DNA of 64,000 bases from Eledone cirrhosa. Lineage: Eukaryota. Position 1 is the first letter of the stretch, and the number at the start of each line of letters is the position of its first letter. The notes under the pieces are model-generated. The model was not told the DNA's origin and made no database searches. It saw only the letters and a program-made list of their open reading frames with translations. The translations under genes were made by a program, and so were the position numbers. The stretch covers positions 29,946,001 to 30,010,000 of the forward strand of contig OZ024755.1 of assembly GCA_964016885.1 (NCBI GenBank), read 5' to 3'. Positions 24,434 to 36,508 of the stretch are shown here, in pieces.

Positions 24434-24974
24434 TACAATTAATTATTGTCAGGAACCGCAGAAAAATATATGATCAAAGGGAGAGAAAAACCAACTATCA
24501 ATTCACCACCAGACTGCTTTGATTCCATGGAACAAAATCGTCCATTTATAATATTCCTATTTAACCTTTTACCATTTTCATTACTCCATATTTACTATTG
24601 TATTTTCACAGTAAAGGCTTTACTTCACGTAATTATCTCAAATAATATCAAATCTCCGAGATTTTGATGTTATTTATGAACGGCCAGGTATGGCTGATTT
24701 GAACAGAGAACTATGAGAGAATTCTGGCCGGATATGGGCGGTTTAAATAAAAATTTTCCAGAATGATTTTGTTATGTTTCAAATAACATCTTAATAAATG
24801 AAATAAATTTAGTAAATGCTTTTCTGAGTTCTGAGTTCAAATCCTGTCACGGTCAACTTTGCTTTATATTCTTTCGATTTAACTGACTTTCCTCTACCTT
24901 CAAATTACTGGTCTTGGGTCTTAATTAGAAATTATTATTTCAATGCGTTTACCTATATAAATAGATGAAATTAA

Positions 24975-25140
24975 ATATGCGGAAGAATATTTAGAGAAAA
25001 CTGAATTTCGCTTCAGACCGTCAGCCGTGACGTCACATCTGTAACAAATGCGGTGTCTGTCGGTGTTATTACTCTAGATTCGTATATTCTTGTTCTTAGA
25101 TCTTTATATATCATCACTTACAATGTAACAACGGTGAGTG
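24975..25140 (+). promoter_or_regulatory. Candidate promoter and non-coding first exon of INTS15
   Basis: Local CpG enrichment; GCGGAAG (ETS-like) at ~24980; palindrome GTGACGTCAC (CRE/ATF) at 25027-25036; donor ACG|GTGAGT at 25133. Confidence 0.45.
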
Positions 25141-26023
25141 AAGTAAAATTTAATTCCATTTTATCGCACACTTAATCCTTTAATCCTTAACATTTTATAA
25201 TGGATCTTAATCTTCTCGAAATATGTTGTCTTTTAAATATTTCTTGTTTGTTTAGTGCGATTTCTCTCTCCCACACAGACATTTCTCTTTCTATATATGT
25301 ATGTGTATGTAAGGTATTGCATCTTTCGGAGTCGATCTGTAATACTTTTTTAAAACGTTAAATTGACTTCTGATTTCAGGATATTTGTGCGTCTGTCTAT
25401 TTATGGTGATGTTAGGAACAGTTGATTCAGAAGACGGAGGGGTGCTTCCTGTTGACTCTATTTCATATCTAACTTTTATTTGTATCACCTTGATTGTTCC
25501 ATGTTGCCCCCCTTTTCATAGATTATTATGTATGGAGTGGGGTTTGTATTTCAACTTCAACAGGAATTGAAATCTAATGTCAAATAATTCAACATCCGCC
25601 TGTAATTACATCTTTATCTAGTTTTCATAATACAGATCGTACTTAAAAAAATAATTCTTTTTATTTTAAATAAATATTGTTACTAATTAATAATTAAGAA
25701 GACTAGATTTAGTTGCTTGTTTATTAGCAGTGTAACGGGTTTTATGACAATTGTATAAATTTACAGTAGAATAACATTGTAAATATATTTTGAATATATA
25801 CATAAATAACATTACAAATGCGTAAATAACATTATAAATTGCTCGCAATTCGTTAGGAAGGACATTACAAACAAAATGTCAAAACCGTGTATAAAAACAC
25901 AATAATATAAATTCATTGAACAAAAATGATAAAGGAAAGAAAAAAGAAAGAGGTGGGGGTGCAATTCACCATCAAGTGTGATAATCGGCTGCACCTCACA
26001 CCGTAGGGGTTAACTGCACACTT

Positions 26024-26600
26024 TCAGGCAAGCCAACATGCTCGGAGTACGGTGAGGGTGATGGCGAGGCTAAGACGCTGAAATAACCAGACACCCTCAC
26101 GGGCATCACCTGGCGCCTCAGTAAGGTGAGCCGCCAGTGATGACGGCAACTTTGCTGTCAGCGGCCCAACTCCACCAAACGAACGCCACAGGCTGGAAAA
26201 ATAATTATTTGATAAGTCTTGGTATTTCCGAATTTTATTCCGTTCGGCAGCGGAAGCAGTAACCCATACAATCACCTCGGCTTCACTGATGTGGGAGGGT
26301 GCAAAAGAGTCACTGATTGTGACGTCCTAGATGAGACACCTACCTCTCACTCAGGGACAAAGGGTAAGACCGTCTGTTCTCTTCCTATCACTTCTGAATA
26401 TACCAGCCAATTCCAGAACTGTGGAGATATTTACCTGAGCCAGGGCCCGTTTGATGATCAGGTTTAGCTCAGTGTGACAGGCAAAACGACCAGCATTCAG
26501 GCGGCAGGACAAACCATGTAAACCTGTGGAGTCGAGGGATCTACTGCAGCAGCATCTCAGACCCCACAAACATCAGCTCCCACACGAAGTGCAATGGAGG
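26024..26600 (-). mobile_element. CRE-like retrotransposon RLE fragment (second lineage)
   Basis: LDSTGLHGLSCRLNAGRFACHTELN..RAL..GIFRSDRKRTDGLTLCP; AAERNKIRKYQDL; WLFQRLSLAI. Confidence 0.8.
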
Positions 26601-27543
26601 GTAGACTTGGCACTTTTTGTTGTGTCTCAAGTTCAACCACCTGACAGGGTGCTTTTTGTTACATCACTAGCATGAGCACCTTACAGAGTTGGCTAAGCAC
26701 TTTTCATTGTGTCACTAGCATGATCACCTTACAGGGTGAACTGGGTGTTGCTGTTGTAGTAGATCACCATATAGGGTGAACTTAGTGATTTTTTGTCATG
26801 GCAGCAACATCATGACCGAGGAAATGTGGAGCATGTCCAACTTCCCATGCTTGTATGCATGTTTTGGACAGAAGAGGTATATTAGGGGTGAGAAATATGT
26901 GAGTTGGGGGTGGGATGATTATGCAATCATCACATTTAGCTGGTGGGAGCAGGTATTAAGATTGAAAGGGTGAATTGGGTAGGTGTAGAGAGAAGATTGG
27001 ATTGAGGAGGTGTAGAGAGAAGATTGGTGCAGATTAATGTCCTCTACATGTTTGTTTCATCTTGTGCACATGGGAAGGTGGGTCTTTTGCAGTGCAGCTT
27101 AATGCTAGATATCTCAATCCAAGATATATATATAGTCAGTCGACTTTCGTCAAATCGGACTGTGGAAACAATGTTTCCATTGGTCTTTCCAATTGCTAAT
27201 ACTATCTATCGATTGCAACTCCAGGTAGAAGGAGCAACGTGAAATAAAGTGTCTTGCTCAAGGACATAACGCATCACCCGATCTGGGAATCGAACTCACA
27301 ACCTCACGACTGCGAATCCAATTCTCTAACCACTCAGCCTTGTGCCCTCATAACTTAATGCAGGAAATGAGATTTGTAAGAAGCTGATGATGGTCGTTAA
27401 ATGTAGCTTTCCACATGTGCTTATGCATGAACACAGAAAATAGAATATCCCTCATCCTCCACTAACTCAGGTGTTCTTTTTAGTACGTACCCACTGTCCA
27501 ACAAAATAACATTTTGCTCTTTTTGTTTTGCTAGTGGCATATA

Positions 27544-27701
27544 CAGGTAAAATTCTGTTATAACAATACCATTATAACACATTTTTCAGAATAACAAAAT
27601 ATTTTTCAATCCCCAACGTGTTAAGTCTATCTTGTTAGAATGAATTTTTCATTACAATTTTTTTTATACCCTGTGAATTTTGTTGTAATGGAATGTTACT
27701 G
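27544..27701. mobile_element. pogo/Tigger-type MITE (degenerate)
   Basis: TA|CAGGTAAAATTCTGTTATAAC ... GTTGTAATGGAATGTTACTG|TA. Confidence 0.6.
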
Positions 27702-28637
27702 TATACTGAAAAGGAAATTCAGAATGTTTTGATTTTCTGTCTTGAAAAATGTTACTTTTCACTTTAATAATAGGCAAAAATAAAACTGTTCCAAAACTAA
27801 GTACTGAGGTTGGCTAAACCAATTAAGGCCCCATGATAGAGGTTTAACCCTAGCCAGCCTTGATCAACAATGTCTATGATTAAAGCATTCCAGTTGGGAC
27901 CATCAGATTGTTTTCCTAGGGTGAGGTTTGAGAGAGTAACTGCTTTTTCATCTGAAGTCAGAGTCCCAGCATAGTTGCAATCCAGTGACTAAAACCATCT
28001 AATTTAAGATGGTAGGCTGGAATTTTCAGATGGAATGGTGTTAGTTAACTCGACAGAAAGCATTCTCCAACTTGCACTTGATAGGTTTGATGCCGAGTGC
28101 TGCATGGCTAGAATGAAAATCAGTGCTGCAAAAACTGAGACACTTTACCTCTCAAGGAGGGATTGCAATATCAATTAGAGATCATTTTAGGGTGTTGTTT
28201 GATTTTACAACAATATCAGGGCATTTTTGGAGAGGACTTTGTTTGTGGTTCCAAAATAACTCTACTATCTCCTCTGATAGGCACGATTCAAGAAAAGTAT
28301 GTTTGCACCACTGACATTGATAATAATAATAATAATAATGGTTTCATTTATTGGTCACAAAGGACGACATATAGGGGACAATAGATAGGGACAGTATGGG
28401 TTTACACAAAAAATCGAATAAAAAATAGGAAAGCAATAACAATAAACAATAAAAATTCCCCAATAGTGGGGATAACCAGCCAGGGTTGATTCAGGTACAC
28501 CACCAATCCTGAACCACCCGACCCTTCGAGGGCACCTGGGAAGGGCACCCCTCTCCTCCTCAAATTCACCAGCCTACAGGCGCATGATCAATAACAGATT
28601 TCATCATCTTTTTCTTCTATTGCTTCAGCAGTTTAAA

Positions 28638-28820
28638 ATGTCAAACATTCTCAAGCGACTCAGTTACCTCGAGTTCCCTGAATGTACAAGGGAAGCACTC
28701 CTCTACCTGAGCCGCTGTTTGAGGAAAGAAACTGGTGGTATTCCAGGCTTAGGAGGAGGCGGCGAAGACTATGCTGTGGAGGTTTCTAGAGACTTCATTC
28801 ATTTTGCCTGTAATCCAAAG
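28638..28820 (+). CDS. INTS15: Integrator subunit 15 (C7orf26-like), coding exon 1
   Basis: MSNILKRLSYLEFPECTREALLYL...DFIHFACNPK, donor AAG|GTGAGT; acceptor just upstream of the ATG implies a 5' UTR intron. Confidence 0.8.
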
Positions 28821-29225
28821 GTGAGTCTTCTTTTCTTTCTCTCATTCAGCCATCATCAACAGATTGTTTTGTTATTGTTGTTTCTTAGCCCCAGCTCTAC
28901 CTTAATTAGGCAGATTTATGAGAAATGTGTTCAAGTTTTAACTCCCATCCTGTTCCTGTGTACATCTAGGACTACATTGTCTAATGTGTCCTGAACTTTT
29001 TTAAAGATTGCAGGATATGATTTAAGTGTGATTTAGCTGCTAAATCATTACAAGATATTAAGAATTAAAGACAATGCTGGCTGGAACATTTTATCTTGTA
29101 TAAATGTCTGCTTGATCAGAGCAGACCTGGGATTAAATGACAACAAAACAAAAGACCAATTGATTAATGTAGTCCTGGATACATTATTCCCTCTACCAAT
29201 CTCACTTTCTCTTTGAATATTTCAG

Positions 29226-29435
29226 CGACTGACAGCCATCCAAGAACTGCAGCTACTTGAGATTCTCTGCTCATACATCACTGATCAGAAAGAAAATGAA
29301 AGGAACAGCATATTTGCTATCATGTTTGCAGGGGAAGCGGCCTTATTGAAAGTAAACTTGCTGACCAAGCTTGTGTCCATGGCAATGTCGATAAAATGCA
29401 CAGCTGTACTTGACTGTACTGCTCTATGGATGCAG
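29226..29435 (+). CDS. INTS15: INTS15-like, coding exon 2
   Basis: RLTAIQELQLLEILCSY...LLTKLVSMAMSIKCTAVLDCTALWMQ resembles recalled vertebrate RLNSLQELQLLEIMCNY...LLGKLVSMAVA..VLECAASWLQ; phase 0/0. Confidence 0.9.
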
Positions 29436-29534
29436 GTAACAAAACATTTCTCCTCTTCTAACTTCTCAACATTTCTGCTCACCTATTTTCTTTTATACAG
29501 TTTTAACCCTTTAGCATTTACATTATTCTAAGAA

Positions 29535-30070
29535 GAATCAAATGCTGTGTGCAGGAGAAGCGGTTGTGATGCATGTGAAGGATGACAGCTGCATAAAAAG
29601 GTGCAGAGCACTAAAAGTCGATAGAAGTCTTGGAGTGGGGAGACCCAAGAAGACCTTGGATGAGGTGATAAAAACTGGCCTTGCCCAATTGCAACTCAAA
29701 GGTGATGACACAGGACCGAAACCTCTGGCGTTACGCAGTAATACAGAAGATCTGAGTTCCCACGGGTACAAGCTGAAGCTGAAGCATATAGAAAGTATGC
29801 CCCCACCTTCCTCCCACTGTAAAGTGGTTGTGTAGGTGTCACAACAAAAATCACCCAGTCCACACTGTAAAGTGGTCGTACAGGTGCCACGGTAAAAAAA
29901 GCACCCAGTACTCACTGTAAATGAGGTTGGTGTTAGGAAGGGCATCCAGCTGTAGAAATCAATCCAAATCAGTTCTGTATGAGCAAGACATGGTCACCTG
30001 ACCTGGCATTGCCCACAACAGGACAACCCGTCTAACCCATGCTAGCGTGGAAGAATGGACGTAAAATATG
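29535..30070 (+). mobile_element. Composite RTE-tail/SINE element
   Basis: GRPKKTLDEVIK RTE C-terminus, followed by 48-bp SINE units and the AGGAAGGGCATCCAG module; inverse copy at 44425-44920. Confidence 0.65.
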
Positions 30071-31000
30071 CAGAAAAGGAGTAGGCATAAACTACATACA
30101 ATGTAAATTTTGGGTACACAAAAGATGTAGTGGGATAACATGTAGACTAACAGGAAAGGAGACTTTGTATGTAGGAAGATGCACAAGAGAAATCGAGAGG
30201 AAGACTGCTAATGATATAAACCATTTCCAATCTCAGGAAGGACCCGTAGATGTGGTTGATAGCTTCTGCTATCTAGGTGACCAGAGGAGGGTGCGCTGAG
30301 AGTATAATAGCTAGAATAAGGATAGGATCGAAGAAGTTTAAAGATTTACTCCCACTGCTGACAAAAAAAGATTTCTGCTTACATATAAAAGGAAGGCTGT
30401 ATGACGCCTGTGTGTGGTGCTACATAGTAGTGAAACACGGGCTGTGATTGCAGAGGACATGTGGTGCTACATAGTAGTGAAACACGGGCTGTGATTGCAG
30501 AGGACATGTGGTGCTACATAGTAGTGAAACACGGGCTGTGATTGCAGAGGACATGTGGTGCTACATAGTAGTGAAACACGGGCTGTGATTGCAGAGGACA
30601 TGTGGTGCTACATAGTAGTGAAACACGGGCTGTGATTGCAGAGGACATGTGGTGCTACATAGTAGTGAAACACGGGCTGTGATTGCAGAGGACATGCATA
30701 GACTGGAGAGAAATGAAGCAACCATGTTTCGTTGGATGTGCAATGTAAATGTGAGAGAAAGGCAGAACTTGGACGAGCTGAGGGAGAATCTGTGTTTAAA
30801 GGGAATTTGAGGTTATGTGCAGGAGAGGAATCTGCATTGGTATGGACATGTGATGCAAATGGACAATGACTGATGGGTGAAGAAATGCCACACTAGAGGA
30901 CGACCAAGAAAGACCAGGGCTGAGGTTGGAAGAGCTGACCTCAAATTGCTAAGACTGGAAAAGGAGATGACGAAGGAACACGTGGAGAGATGCTGTGCTG
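30065..31000 (+). mobile_element. RTE-clade LINE fragment
   Basis: CRKGVGINYIQCKFWVHKRCSGI...VDSFCYLGD; KGRLYDACV..LHSSET; ERNEATMFRWMC; RNLHWYGHV; RGRPRK. Confidence 0.85.
30414..30695. repeat. 47-bp tandem repeat x6 within the RTE fragment
   Basis: GTGGTGCTACATAGTAGTGAAACACGGGCTGTGATTGCAGAGGACAT, identical copies. Confidence 0.95.
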
Positions 31001-31379
31001 AGCAGAACCCATCCATCACATGAAATAGATATGTATGGAGGCACATGGTTTAGTGGTTACAGAATTGGCCTTGCAATCGAAAGGTTGTGAGTTCAATTCT
31101 CAGACCGGGTGATGTGTTGTTTCCTTGAGCAAGACACTTTATTTCACATTGCTCCAGTTTACTCAGCTGTAGAAATGAGATGATAGGGACTGGGTTCCCT
31201 ATCATTCCACTGCAAAATGGTCGTGGAGGTGCCACGGCAAAAAAGCACCCAACACTCACTGTAAATGAGGTTGGTGTTAGGGAGGGCATCCAGCTGTAGA
31301 AATCAAGCCAAAATCAGTTCCCGTCCTACCCTTGCAAGCAGGGAAAAAGCGGATGTAAAATGAAATGATGATGATGATA

Positions 31380-31750
31380 CAGGGCACTAGTTCGTTTTTG
31401 TCTGTCAAAAGTGAAAGTTTGCGTCTCTGCAAACAGTGAACCCTGCCTATAGTTCCTCCCATCGTTTATATCCGTAAAGTGAAATCAAATGAAAGTGTGC
31501 TTTTAAAAAATTATTGGAACATATTCGTGATAAATATCCATGCTACTCAATATTTTTCTTCTCTGTTCAATTTTTTAATTCTCTGTATGTTTAGCTCGTC
31601 TCTTAACCCTAAAAACTAACCATAACCCTAACCCTAACCGTAAATATATTACATTTGTTTTAATCTTTAGTCACTTTACGGATATAAACGACGGGAGGAA
31701 CTGTAGGCGGGGTTCACCATTTGCTGACAGACAAAAACGAACCAGTGCCG
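31380..31750. mobile_element. MITE with ~100-bp bipartite TIRs and internal (TAACCC)n-like repeats
   Basis: GGCACTAGTTCGTTTTTGTCTGTCA...CCTATAGTTCCTCCCATCGTTTATATCCGTAAAGTGA mirrored at 31671-31750; TA flanks. Confidence 0.8.
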
Positions 31751-31754
31751 TATA

Positions 31755-31980
31755 CAGTTATCCCCCAATATTGATGGGGGGGTTATGTTCCTAGAGCACC
31801 CGCGAAGAGTGAAAAGCCGCGAATATTGGACGTGGTACATAAAAATGCCTACAAACGTCAAAACATAACGTAGAATATAGACTGGCAAATACGGTATATT
31901 GTTCTTAATAATTTAGAGTTAAAATACATGAAAAAAATATATATTGCCATAAAAAAATCGTGGAACATATTTACGATTCC
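31755..31980 (+). mobile_element. Tigger/pogo-like left-end fragment
   Basis: TA|CAGTTATCCCCCAATATTGATGGGGGGTTATGTTCC...CCCGCGAA; truncated by a SINE. Confidence 0.55.
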
Positions 31981-33111
31981 GCGACTGGGTGATGTGTTGT
32001 TTCCTTGATCAAGACACTTTATTTCACATTGCTCCAGTTTACTCAGTTGTAGAAATGAGATGATAGGGACTGGGGTCCATATCATTCCACTGCAAAGTGG
32101 TCGTGGAGGTGCCACAGCAAAAAAGCACCCAGCCCACACTGTAAAGTGGACGTGTAGGCACCACGGAAAAAAAGCACCCAGCACTCACTGTAAATGAGGT
32201 TGGTGTTAGGAAGGGCATCCAGCTGTAGAAACCAAGCCAGATTCAGTTCCCGTCCCACCCTTGCAAGCAGGGAAAAGCGGACGTAAAATGATGATGATGA
32301 ATGTTATATATATATATATATGTATATATCAGCATGGGATGAACTGCTGTGGTAGTTCTCAAAATCCTAGTTATATCCCTTTACATTGCTAAATTTTACT
32401 TTTCCTCATCCTCCAAGGGAGATCAATAAATGAAGTAACACAAAATACTGGGTATCAACTAAAACCTTTGAAGGTTATAGTATCTCTTCTTCCAAGGAAA
32501 ATAAAGGAACTATTCCAGTGTCTGATGCAGCTTGCTATACAATGCTGGCCGGAAATGGTTTTATTTTCCTTGGAAGAAGAGATGTTAATCTCAAAATATC
32601 AGGGCATATAAATAAAATTAAAGTAAAAAAAATATCCCCTGTTTGTTACTACTTAATTATTTTCTGTCCAATCTGCATTATCGTGACTTTCAAACTTCGA
32701 ATTCTTTATACCATACACACTTCATATAAACTACAAATTCCTTCTATTATCATTGGCAATATCGGTAGAGGGTCGGACGCCATGCTTTGACGTATAGAGT
32801 TACGGCCCTTGCCATTCTGAGTTCAAATCCCGCCGAGGTTAACTTTGCCTTTCATCCTTACGGGGTCGATAAAATAAAGTACCAGTAATGCACTGGGTAA
32901 CTGCTGGCCTTGTGCCAAAAAGTAGAAACAATTATTATATTTATTTTTGTCAAAACCCATTTGTTGATGGTGTGTTACTCTTAGTTTTCCTGGCAATGTT
33001 ATGCCCAAACAAATATCTATGAACATATGTCACACACACATTCATGCACTCTTTCTAATGTGCTTTCTCTCACTTTCTCACAAACACACACACTCGGTAC
33101 ATTCTCACTTA

Positions 33112-33794
33112 CCGTATATACTTGTATATAAGCTGAGAAATATGTGACAAAAAACTCTATGGTAAAATGGAGGGGTCGGATTCAGCTTATGTTGAAGGTC
33201 AACATTTTGCCAGTTTTCACCAACTTCAAAATTCTACATAAATGAGGTACTAAAATATTTTGACTTTGGAGGTGACTATCACACCAGTTTCACTTTCAAC
33301 GGGAAATTCGTTTTTGATGTGTTTTTAATGAATATAGTATTCAAAACGGACAGAAATTGGTAAAAAATTAATTATGTAATGAAATCATGAAATAAAAACA
33401 ATACTCTAAACCCTTTAGCATTTACATTACTCTATATTTACTATTGTATTTTCATGATAAACACTTTATCTCACATAATATCGAAGCTATAAGATTTTGA
33501 TGTTATTTATTTTGAGAACAATACCTTAACATCAGTATGAGTGACTGATTACGGCTGGTTTGAACAGAAAGAGGTGAGAGAATTCTGGCCAGTTACAGCT
33601 GATTTAAATGCTTAAGGGTTAAATCATTTTAAATGTCAAAATATTTAACTCCATAAATATATTCTTCACTCATGATAATTTGAAAATTGTACCATCTAAA
33701 CATGTGTTGATTAGCTCTGCCTACACAGAGTTTGGATTTTTACCGATTTCTCAGGCATATAAAAGGCGGGTGGCTTATATTTGAGCATATACAG
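33112..33794. mobile_element. Tc1/Tc2-type MITE with a nested piggyBac-like MITE (33411-33618)
   Basis: TA|CCGTATATACTTGTATATAAGC ... GGCTTATATTTGAGCATATACAG|TA; inner CCCTTTAGCATTTA...TAAATGCTTAAGGG|TTAA. Confidence 0.65.
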
Positions 33795-33940
33795 TACATA
33801 CACTCCCTTCTATACAAAATCTATTTCTCACATAAACTGATGTCCTCTGATAAAAGCAGTATAAACACATACACATATTTAAACAGCTATATTCACACAT
33901 ATCCTTATAGTGAATTAATACTTGAATATTTTGAATGCAG

Positions 33941-34109
33941 GAGCGAGGCTGTGACAGTGAACCAGTATGCTGCATGGCCAAATCTATGGTCAACGACTAC
34001 TGCCAACTGTTCCCAGGTGTGATTCCAACATTTCAAGCACTACCCAGTATCTCACCACTGTTTGCCTGTAACTTCATTGCAGCAGTAACTGCTCTATTTC
34101 CATGTAACA
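33941..34109 (+). CDS. INTS15: INTS15-like, coding exon 3
   Basis: ERGCDSEPVCCMAKSMVNDYCQLFPGVIPTFQALPSISPLFACNFIAAVTALF; GTAAGT donor, phase 1. Confidence 0.9.
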
Positions 34110-35941
34110 GTAAGTTGAGCGAACTTTTATCTATTTTTAGCATAAAGATTAGAAACCTCAGATTTGTAGGGGAGAGTGGGATTTTATAATTTTTTTCCAG
34201 ACCAGGAGAGATTTCTTACATGGAATATGTGGTATTTGGGATTTTGTAACTTTTAAGTTTTTCTTAAGGCCATTATGGGTTTTATACATTAAGTATGAAG
34301 GTTTCAGATTTATAGCGGAAAGTGGACTGTTAAACTTTATAGCATATATATCCAGAGTAGGGGCACCATATTCCTGCAACATGTCATAAAAAGGAAATAA
34401 AAGGGTTGGGGCTTGGAACAGAATCTGGCTGTAAAACATTGTCTCAAAAAGCTCCCTATGATGAGTGTGAAGGTTTTCATGGAGTCCACAAGGCTAACCT
34501 TTGTTTTAGCAAGGAAATTGCCTTTGTTCCTCAAGCTTATGTTGATGTCTGAATAGGGATAGACAGATATTAAATTATAAAATATAATAAATATGTATGT
34601 TTTGAAGCAGCAAGCAAGTTTGAAATTAGAAATAGAAACTTTCGCTGTATTTATTTGACATCTGCGTCAATACTCATCTCTTTCCATTTCTTGAAAGGTT
34701 CTAAACCCGACTATCAGGCTAAAATTTCTTTAGTAAAAAAAAAATACAGTGAAAGCTTCTATTTCTAATTAGAAAATGTAATAGTTGGTAAATCAATAGA
34801 ATTGTTACAGTATGGGAAGAAGTGCCTTATGCTTCTTGATTTCTGAGTTCAGTTCTTATTAATGTCAACTTTGCTTTTCATCTTTCTGGTATTGTTAAAT
34901 AAAGTAAGTCTACAGCAGTGGATTGGTGGAATTGTGGGACTGTCTGACTTGATGCTTTGCATTCTTGTGTTCAAATATCGCTGTATGCCATTTGTGTGGC
35001 AGACATATTCTGTCATCTGGCTGAAATCACCACCTGGCTCTTGGGTATTTTTAGGGGTCACTGCTCTGTTGCAAACATTTGGGCTAGGTCTCCAATTTGA
35101 AGATACTTCCCTCCCTCCGGCCAGCCACAAAGGTTCTGTGAAAATAAATGGTCATGGACATTGCCCCTTCTTATTAAGCCAGTCCATCATAAAGCTAGCA
35201 CTCATTTTTCAGCTGAGTGAAATGAAGTTGCATGAAATAAAGAGTCTTGCCCAAGGACACAATGTATTGCCTGGTCCATGGAATAAATTTATAAACTTAC
35301 TATTGTGAGCTTTACACCTTAATCACTAGACCAAACACTTTCAGACTTTGAGCTTGGGAGACATTTTATTTATTATAACCATTTCATAAGGATTAGATAT
35401 GATTATATATTGCCAGTATCGTTAGAGCGTCAGACAGCATGCTTTGCAGCATAGAGTTATGACCCTTTACGTCCTTTGTTCTAATCCTGCTGAGGTTAAC
35501 TTTGCCTTTCTTCCTTAAGGGTCGATAAAATAATTCACCAGTAATGCACTGGGGTAATTGCTGGCCTTGTGCCAAAAGTAGAAATATTGTGAGTTCAATT
35601 CTCAGACTAGATGATGTGTTGTTTCCTTGAGCAAGACACTTTATTTCACATTGCCCCAGTTTACTCAGCTGTAGAAATGAGATGATAGGGACTGGGGTCC
35701 TATCATTCCACTGCAAAGTGGTTGTGGAGGTGCCACGGCAAAAAAGCACCCAGCACTCACTGTAAATGAGGTTGGTGTTAGGAAGGGCATCCAGCTGTAG
35801 ACATCAAGCCAGAATCAGTTCCCATTCCACCCTTGCAAGCAGGGAAAAAGCGGACGTAAAATGAAATGATGATTGATTTTCCTCAATAAGGATTTAAGTG
35901 TTACATTGTGTTTTATATGGTTTTTATTTCACTTCTTCCAG

Positions 35942-36508
35942 CTTTAGAAGGTATGCCACCAGAGAAACTTGTGGAACATGTCACCAACTGGATCTCTTCT
36001 GATAGCAGACTGTGTTCGGTGTCTATGCGTCCAGCATCCTCTGGCAGCAGCTACCGGATGTTCGCCTCGCACGGCTGCTCACCGTTTCCTGGACTCACCA
36101 ACTGGTGTGTCAAGGGACCCGTGCTATGTCTCAAGGCCACTGACAACAACAAGAACAGCTGGGGGGATGTCGGGGCCAATGCCTGCAACAATAACAATCG
36201 GCTCCAGCAGCAGCAGCAGCTCTTCTCTCGGCTTCACCTGGGAGTCCTTCAGAGCTTGCTTGCTAACAACGCGGTGGCAGCTGGTACTTGCCGGACTGCA
36301 ATCAGTGGACTCCTTGGCCCGAATGTACCGAATGCCACCGGTCACCCTTTCACTCCAGCTGACATCAAAAAGACATCTCAGGAACTAATGGACATTTGCA
36401 AACGTTATGGTTTATCAGCAGAGGAAGAGACTTGTCTCTGCTCTGTTGAAAGACTTGGACAGATTATCCAAGTAGCTTTAGCCAGTGCCACTCTTCGAGT
36501 CAGACCAG
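35942..36508 (+). CDS. INTS15: INTS15-like, coding exon 4
   Basis: PPEKLVEHVTNWISSDSRL...GLTNWCVKGP...LFSRLHLGVLQSL...SVERLGQIIQVALASATL; phase 1/1. Confidence 0.9.

Noticed and set aside
31602-31640. Telomere or chromosome-fusion scar
   Set aside because: Only a few degenerate units, enclosed within a MITE
34862-35308. 148-aa hydrophobic ORF in INTS15 intron 3
   Set aside because: A mosaic of decayed SINE pieces; exons 3 and 4 join in phase without it
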